From: Chrysochromulina tobinii
Lineage: Eukaryota
DNA: 51,210 nt
Direction of reading: 5' to 3'
NCBI GenBank assembly: GCA_001275005.1
Contig: JWZX01003114.1
Coordinates: 1-51,210, forward strand
Position 1 is the stretch's first letter, and each line of letters begins with the position of its first letter. The notes under the pieces were generated by a model. It was given only the letters and a program-made list of their open reading frames with translations. It was not told where the DNA came from and did not search any database. This document shows positions 45,176-51,210 of this stretch, piece by piece. The translations under genes and the position numbers were made by a program.

Positions 45176-46039
45176 TCACGGCTCAACCACCATCTCGACC
45201 TCTCCGAGCTGCGCGTACTCGGCCCTCACGCGATCGCCTGGCTTGATCAGCTTGGTGTTGCACATCTGCCCCGTCGCCACGAGCTCGCCCGCCTTAAGGT
45301 ACAGGCCACCTGGGCGGCTGTTGAGGTGGTTGACGACCCATGCGAGCGACTCGGCCGGCCCTCCTTGAGGCGCAGCCTTCCCGGAGCCTGTTGCGACCTT
45401 CTCGTCGTTGACGAAGAGTTCGACCGCGCACTTGACGCCTTCGATGCCCACCTGCGCCGCCGGCAGCCGCGGCCCTAGCACGATGCCGCCGGAGCTGAGC
45501 GTGTCCGCGTATTTGCCGAGCGCCGACGTGACCGCCTCGGCTGCTTCCGGTGTGCTGCGCTGGCCGCAGCACTCGATGATGAGGACGACGCTATCCACCG
45601 CGGCCCATGCGTCCTCAACGCTATAAGGCCGGTCGCGCGGTGGCAGGTCGGCGCCCATCACTACGCCGATCTCGGGTTCAATCTGACACAAGCCAATGAA
45701 GCTTGCGCTGAGGCCTCTTCCTGGCGCCTCCACGAGAAACCTTTTGAAGAGCGGCGCGGAGATAGCTACCTCGCCCGCGCCGCCAGGGGCACCGATCTTG
45801 TAGCCGCCGATCCCTCCCAGCTCACTCTCCACGAGCGGGTGCTTTGCGATGGCAAGGTGAGTGGCGTACAGATCTGCCACTGAGACGGGAGACTCTGGGT
45901 AAGCTTCCGGTCCGAGCTTGACTCCGCTGACCCAGCTTCTTACGAAGGCGTCAGCGCGCGCCTCCATGGCTGCGTTGATGAGCGTCAGCGATGGCCGCGA
46001 GCAGAGGGCTAGGTGACGCACTGCATAGGCACGAAGCAT
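45176..46039 (-). CDS. FAH-superfamily 2-keto-4-pentenoate hydratase-like protein (MhpD/HpaH-like)
   Basis: GGYKIG, IEPEIGVVMGADL, GIVLGP, GPAESLAWVVNHL, LKAGELVATG, GDRVRAEYAQLGEV; N-terminus resembles a mitochondrial presequence. Confidence 0.82.
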   Translation of the reverse strand: MLRAYAVRHLALCSRPSLTLINAAMEARADAFVRSWVSGVKLGPEAYPESPVSVADLYATHLAIAKHPLVESELGGIGGYKIGAPGGAGEVAISAPLFKRFLVEAPGRGLSASFIGLCQIEPEIGVVMGADLPPRDRPYSVEDAWAAVDSVVLIIECCGQRSTPEAAEAVTSALGKYADTLSSGGIVLGPRLPAAQVGIEGVKCAVELFVNDEKVATGSGKAAPQGGPAESLAWVVNHLNSRPGGLYLKAGELVATGQMCNTKLIKPGDRVRAEYAQLGEVEMVVEP

Positions 46040-46325
46040 CTCTACACCGACGCCGACCCCACGTTCGCGGAAGGATTCTCACAGGGCAACCGCGCGGTTG
46101 CAGTGGAATCCACTCTCGATCACAAAAACGAGCACGCAGCTCGAAGCTGACAAGTGCGGTCCAGGTGCTCATGGGTGCTGTCCAACGGCGTGACCGGCTT
46201 CCTACATACGAACAGGAGTATTATCACACTAGCTGGAGCGACCGCACGCGGCCTGAGAGGCCGCCTAATACGCCGCTCATCGTCATAGGCCCGCTGCTCT
46301 GTCTCGTTCGTTCGCCTGTTGGGGT

Positions 46326-46922
46326 TCACACGCCCTCCTGCATGGCGCTCGAGAAGCACGCCTTGCACATGCGGCGGCCGTACGGAATGTACGAGAGGGC
46401 GTACCAGAAGAAAGCCGAGAATTGCACGACAATGCACGCGACGATGATCACCGCAATCACGTTATCCGAAAGCTGGGTCATGCTCGGCAGCAGGAAGGCG
46501 CACACGAGCGTCGCGGCGGCGGACAGGACGAAGACGAGGGCGACGCCCGCGCGCGTGGGGTGCGACATCCGCTTGAGTTGCCGATGGGGGCCCATGAGGA
46601 AAAACGTGGAGGCCACAGAAATGAGGTTTCCGAGCGTGTAGTTGATGGCAAAGGGCCCCGGGTTACCCTGCAGCAGCTTGTGCCAAAACATCATCGATCC
46701 GAGCGAGACGATGCACCCGATGCCAAAGCAGATGCCAAAGCCCCAGAGCCGCTGCTTGAAGGTGAGCGTTGGGCAGGTGGCGTCGATCACCTCCTCTCGG
46801 CGTGTCGGCTGCAGGCCGACCGCCCCGCGTACCCCGTCCAGGAAAGACGCCTGAGCTGCCGAGCTCTGGTAGGGCGTGTCCTCCTCGCTGTCGCCGCCAC
46901 CGAAGCGCGCCCAGAAGCTCAT
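46326..46922 (-). CDS. SFT2/Got1-family vesicle transport protein (SFT2D-like)
   Basis: LTFKQRLWGFGICF, FAINYTLGNLISVASTFFLMGP..QLKRM, WYALSYIPYGR. Confidence 0.92.
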   Translation of the reverse strand: MSFWARFGGGDSEEDTPYQSSAAQASFLDGVRGAVGLQPTRREEVIDATCPTLTFKQRLWGFGICFGIGCIVSLGSMMFWHKLLQGNPGPFAINYTLGNLISVASTFFLMGPHRQLKRMSHPTRAGVALVFVLSAAATLVCAFLLPSMTQLSDNVIAVIIVACIVVQFSAFFWYALSYIPYGRRMCKACFSSAMQEGV

Positions 46923-47045
46923 CGATGAATTGCCCCGTCCGCGGACATCGCCTCTTCTGTAGGGCACTTCGGCGAGTACGAAAGCTCACACTGTCCCGTT
47001 ATGAAGTCCAAAATGAACTTCATTATGTGGAAGTTATTCATAATG

Positions 47046-47200
47046 CAGCTAGTATGAAGCCCACGGCTTCATAACGCAGCGTTAGGAAGCCGTTATGAAG
47101 GCTCTGCTTCGTAACGCTCGGCGATTTGGCCGCGTTATGAAGCCGTTACGAAGCGGCGCTTCGTAACGGCTTCATAATGGGATTATGTGACTCTTCATAA
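47046..47200. repeat. Left subterminal TTAYGAAGC/GCTTCRTAA repeat array
   Basis: About 10 copies in both orientations. Confidence 0.85.
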
Positions 47201-47250
47201 CCCTCGGTGATTTCGCGGCAAACCCGGGTCCGCGGCCCTTGCTCAAGAAC

Positions 47251-48010
47251 ATGTCAGCGACGCCCGCCTGTCGGCCGACCTTGTACACGCGCTTGGAGGC
47301 GGAGAGCTCGTTCGTGTCCACGAGCTCGCCGTCCTTGATCACATCGAGGAGGAAGTCCACGGCGTAAGCGCCTTCCAAGTGGCGTTGATCGTGCTCACGC
47401 ACGGCTCCATCTCGCGCGAGCACGCAACCCTCACGGTGAGCGCTTCGGGCTCTGTGGTGGTGGCGGATCTTGGCTTGGCGCAGGGCACCAAGACAAGCGG
47501 CAAGCCGCTCGTGCCCAACAAGCCGCACCTTCTGCCGCCGGGGAGCTCGCTCACATTTGAGCGGTCTACGCGCACCTTCAAGCTGCGCGAGGGCGGCAGC
47601 GGCTTCGTGAGCGGTGAGGCGGGAGCAGCGGCCGTTGCACGCGCCCCCCAAAGTGCGGCCTCGCTCGACGATCTGCGCGTGCAGCCGGTGCTCCAGGTGT
47701 TGCGCGCAGGGGCCTCCGATTGCGAGCGCCCTCGACCCGATGGCTTCGTGCGCCTGATGAGTGTCGTAGCGAGCGCGGCGGTGCAGCGTGCGGGCTGCAC
47801 GGAGCTGGAGCTGGCGTCGCTGCCCGCGCGGTTCGTCAAAAGTCTTCGAGACGATCACGGAGGCGGGCGTGCTCCTTCTGCGCGCCCTCGATGGGCACGA
47901 GCCGGCGCTGCGCGTGCAGCCTCGCGTGCAGCCTCGCCTGCAGCTCGTGCCCGACCCTTCGCCGCCTTCGATCCTCTTCTTTGGCTTCAACGTTCCGCGA
48001 GTAGAATGCG
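47251..48010. pseudogene. Captured, rearranged FHA + Tpt1/KptA-like gene fragment
   Basis: Minus strand ~47378-47251 reads FLLDVIKDGELVDTNELSASKRVYKVGRQAGVAD. Plus strand from 47388 reads IVLTHGSISREHATL...DLGLAQGT...SSLTFERSTRTF, then LRAGA..RPDGFV and, after a +1 frameshift at ~47840, LLLRALDGH. Confidence 0.72.
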
Positions 48011-48504
48011 GTGCGCTCCAATGGCGTGGGTGCAGGGCGCACGCCGCCCGGCCCGATCTTTTTGAGCGCGCACTAGCCGCCCCTGGCCTGGGTGCGAAGC
48101 TCGGTTCCCTCGGCCGCTCGGCCGCCCCTCCTGACTACACACGTCCTGCTACGCACCGAGAGCATGCTTCTCCGAGGGCCTCTCCTTCTTTACTGTTGAG
48201 AGTGAGGCCCTCCACGGAGGCTGGGGTGGGGGCGAAAGAGTATTCTTTCGATCTTTCCCTCGAAAAAAAAGCACATGGTTGTGGGAAAGCCTTCACTGAG
48301 CCGCTCAAACTCGAAAACGTTCAAGGGGCGCGCCGGGTAAAAGCACTGGCGCGATGGCTGGCGGTGCATGAAGGTACGTGCGCGTGCGGGGGCGCGCGCG
48401 CGCGTGCCTGCTTCTCGCATCACTCCATGTGCCTGCAGGCTGCCACCCTCTGTGAACGCCCGCCGGCTGCTCCATCGGTTGCTAGGGATAGCGCGCGCTC
48501 GTGG

Positions 48505-48730
48505 GTGTGCTGGACAATGGCGTGAGGTGTGCGTGTGAGGCTGCTGCCGAAGGGGCGCCCAGCGTGTGTGAGGCTCTTGCTGCCAAAGGCTTCCGTAGGT
48601 AGGTGCGCCCGGTGTGTGGAAGGCCGCTGCCGAAGGCGCGCCTGGAGTGTGTGTGGCTGCTGCCAGCGCGAGCGCGCGCTTCGGTGTGTGTGAGTCTGCT
48701 GCATGGCGCGCCCGGGTGTGTGGGACTGCT
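48505..48730 (+). repeat. Degenerate ~30-36-bp tandem repeats (gtgtgtgaggctgctgccgaagg...) inside the element
   Basis: Recurrent gtgtg(tg)-aggctgctgcc(g/a)aagg motif. Confidence 0.6.
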
Positions 48731-48959
48731 GACCGGACGCGCGATGCACAACTTGTACCTGCCCGTCGGCTGCTGCTGCTCCTGCATGCGGTGCTTGCGC
48801 TCACGACTGCCATTGCCCCTCTCGCAGATGTGCCTAGGTATCGACACGGTGCGGCTACGCATCACCTCGTTCGGCAACACCATCACCTATCCCTGAGGAT
48901 CGATCGCCGCCGCAGGTATCGATCGCGTTGTAGGCCGAGCCAACGGGCGACCGCAACTC

Positions 48960-49305
48960 AACATTACGAAGCTGATCATGAAGCCGAAGCTGATCATGAA
49001 GCCGGGCGGCCGCACGAACCCAACGTAATGAAGCCGGGCGCCGAAACACGAAGCCGCCGTTATGAAGCCAGGCGCCGCATCACGAAGCCAACGTTAAGAA
49101 GCCGAGCGCCGCATTACGAAGCCGACGTTATGGAGCCGGGCGCCGCATTACGAAGCCGCCGTTATGAAGCCGGGCCGCATTACGAAGTCGGCGTTATGAA
49201 GCAGGCGCCGCATTATGAAGCTGGGCGCATTATGTTATGAAGCGGTTATGAAGCGCTTCATAACACCGAATATGAAGTAGCTTCATACCAAAATGTTATG
49301 AAGTA
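48960..49305. repeat. Right subterminal TTAYGAAGC repeat array
   Basis: About 20 degenerate copies, mostly direct, separated by short GC-rich spacers. Confidence 0.85.
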
Positions 49306-49779
49306 CATTATGAATAACTTCCACATAATGAAGTTCATTTTGGACTTCATAACGGGACAGTGCACAACGGCGTTGATTGTGTATGTAATTTACAAGGAGA
49401 TGAAAATACGCAAACGTCAAACTGCGAACAGCACGTTCACGTTCGCACAGGTGCTCTGCGACGGTCCCGATCACTGAGAGCCCACGCACCGACGTCGTGC
49501 TCCCTGCGTGCTCCCGCCCCTCTGAGAGTTGTGAGTACGATTCGCGAGTCTAGCCGGCTACATACCCACCAATGGCTGCGCGGGTAAGCGCGGGATCGGC
49601 CGCCGCGAAAAAGCCTCTCGCTGACGCACCACTGTCGTACGGCTGTACGGTGGTCCGGATTCGAACTTCACCGGCCGTCCAGAGAGCGCTGGCGGCCCGC
49701 TTCCGCGCCTCACCGGCGCTAGCGTGCACGCGCTCGTTGCGGCGCTCATCCGTATGAGACGCGCGTGCGGCGCGATGGC

Positions 49780-50730
49780 TCACGCCTTGTTCTCCTCGTA
49801 CGGAGTCGCCGCCTCGCCCGTGTCGTCGGCGAGTGCTTGCTTCAGTGCGGGGTCCGTTTTATTACCCTGCGCCTCGGCGGCTTTCTCCCGAAGCTTCTCG
49901 ACGAATTTCTTCGTTTCCGCGTACGAGAACAGGCAGCCGTCTTTCACGAGGCCGGGCAGCTGCCTCCAGTACTCGATCTGCGGCACCGCCTCGATCCCCC
50001 GCTTCTGAGTGTACTTGAAGTTGTAAAAGTAGCCGCCGCCGAGATAGATGGGCACAGCTACACCCAGCAAGAGGATGAGAAAGAGCGAGCCCCCGCTCAG
50101 GCCGCTCGCGCCAGGGACGTCAGGGACGCCGCCGCCGGTGAGTGGGCCGGTGAACACAACCTGGTACTGCGGGTAGTTGGTCTCTGACGGCACAGGCATC
50201 CCGACTGTTGGGGCCGCATTGAAGATGTACAACACCTTGCGCCCCGACGTGCCCCCTTGGTAGTTGCACTGCAGCTGGTTTGCGCCGAAGCCCTGGCACA
50301 CCTGCGTGTCGAAGCTGCCGAGATAGCCGCAGCTGTCGGTGATGGGAGGCTGTGGGTTAGGGTCGCTGCCGTAGTACTGCATCGCGATCGGATTGTTGGT
50401 CGCCGAGCCTGAAGTGCATGTAACGCTGGCGGGAAGAGGGCCGCACGGAGTGAAGAAGTACCAGTGGTCATCCGTGTCCTGATCCAAGAAGTAGCCAGGC
50501 TTATTCATGGCTTTTTGGATGGCGGACAAGTCATAGTTGACTGTGCACGCAGCAAGCTCGGAACAAACCTCAGACAACTGATGGGCATGGCGCACACGGG
50601 GCGAGAAAGCAGTGCACTTACTTCCACCGCATGTGTATTTGCAATTATTGCTCGGCTGGGGGGAGCACGGACTCGCCGGCGCAGTCTGCGCGACCGTCGC
50701 GCTGAGCCACATCGCCGCCGCTGCTGCCAT
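49780..50730 (-). CDS. Mannose-6-phosphate receptor (CD-MPR)/ATG27-like type I membrane protein; in-frame intron 50541-50621
   Basis: YDLSAI...WYFFTPCG, GRKVLYIF; TM GLSGGSLFLILLLGVAVPIYLGGGYFYN; cytosolic GIEAVPQIEYWRQLPGLVKDGCLF. Intron reads GTAAGT...CACAG. Confidence 0.85.
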   Translation of the reverse strand: MAAAAAMWLSATVAQTAPASPCSPQPSNNCKYTCGGSKCTAFSPRVRHAHQLSEVCSELAACTVNYDLSAIQKAMNKPGYFLDQDTDDHWYFFTPCGPLPASVTCTSGSATNNPIAMQYYGSDPNPQPPITDSCGYLGSFDTQVCQGFGANQLQCNYQGGTSGRKVLYIFNAAPTVGMPVPSETNYPQYQVVFTGPLTGGGVPDVPGASGLSGGSLFLILLLGVAVPIYLGGGYFYNFKYTQKRGIEAVPQIEYWRQLPGLVKDGCLFSYAETKKFVEKLREKAAEAQGNKTDPALKQALADDTGEAATPYEENKA

Positions 50731-51122
50731 CCTGGGACTCGCCAAGTTCAGCCACGACAGTGCGGTCTTCCTCGGCGAGCCCGGGAAAAGCCAAAGGGGA
50801 AAGCGTCCGAAACGTAGCTCTTCACGTTCACGGCAAGTCTCTGACGAGTCGCCTCTAGGTGGAACCCCTGTCATTTCCGCCAACTCGATTCCACCACTGC
50901 TGGCTTCCGTTTGGCGTCTGTTGTTTAGGAACAGGTCGGAGCACGGAGGTAGGAAAGACCATCCTCGAGCGACCAGGAATCCGGTGTCGGGGGTTTTGTT
51001 ATCGAATTTGGGTGGGTTTGTTAACAGTATATGTATCCTATGCTTCTCTCATGTATCGTGAATGTATCGTGAATGTCTATTGAAGTTTCAGTTTGTGTCC
51101 CGTTAAGATACATGACAAGATA

Positions 51123-51210
51123 CATCCGTATGAGACGCGCGTGCGGCGCGATGGCTCACGCCTTGTTCTCCTCGTACGGAGTCGCCGCCTCGCCCGTGTC
51201 GTCGGCGAGT
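51123..51210 (-). repeat. Exact duplicate of 49747-49834 (3' end and stop of the M6PR/ATG27-like gene)
   Basis: catccgtatgagacgcgcgtgc...gtcgtcggcgagt is repeated 1376 bp downstream and runs to the window end. Confidence 0.92.

Larger units (their letters stand above)
46989..49362. mobile_element. Non-autonomous CACTA/CMC-like DNA transposon (Pack-type) carrying gene fragments
   Basis: Perfect 57-bp TIRs (46989-47045 and 49306-49362) beginning CACTG; CA immediately flanks both ends (2-bp TSD); subterminal TTAYGAAG arrays; no transposase motifs seen. Confidence 0.88.

Noticed and set aside
46989..47000. CACTGT terminus as an RSS-like or Transib/RAG end
   Set aside because: No 5-bp TSD (gctca vs cacaa) and no nonamer at 12/23 spacing; the 2-bp TSD and subterminal repeats fit CACTA/CMC better.
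47788..48896. ORFs inside the element as a transposase
   Set aside because: No DDE or CACTA transposase motifs are recognisable; the sequence looks like fragmentary cargo and repeats.
48960..49305. Repeat-spacer-like array as a CRISPR array
   Set aside because: Repeats are about 9 bp and degenerate, spacers are short and similar to each other, there are no cas genes, and the context is eukaryotic. Better explained as transposon subterminal repeats.

Overview
GC-rich, gene-dense eukaryotic DNA. Short GT/GC-AG introns, ~10-bp tandem repeats inside introns, plastid-type presequences and the GT29, GH7 and TPC genes suggest a haptophyte or similar alga (inference). I can support about 25 protein-coding genes: a dually acylated coiled-coil protein, a UBE3B/C-type HECT ligase, a DTW-RluA fusion, a FIRRM/FLIP-like protein, a KHA/DCX-GT29 protein, cyclin A, an ShKT-PDI, an ABC1 kinase, a JmjC hydroxylase, a PDZ-ferredoxin, an OSCA/TMEM63 channel, a GH7-like glucanase, a fructosamine kinase, a NIPA-type transporter, a J-protein, an AlkB, a ThrE exporter, a J-domain-Rieske fusion, a two-pore channel, an FAH-family hydratase, SFT2, an M6PR/ATG27-like receptor and a few hypotheticals. 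The most striking non-gene structure is a 2,374-bp non-autonomous CACTA/CMC-like element (46989-49362) with perfect 57-bp TIRs, a 2-bp TSD and subterminal repeat arrays. It carries a captured FHA + Tpt1/KptA-like gene fragment whose FHA domain is split by an internal inversion. Also notable are several unusual domain fusions and a TPC intron that contains a copy of its own spliced exon junction. All family calls come from motif recognition by eye; no searches were run.
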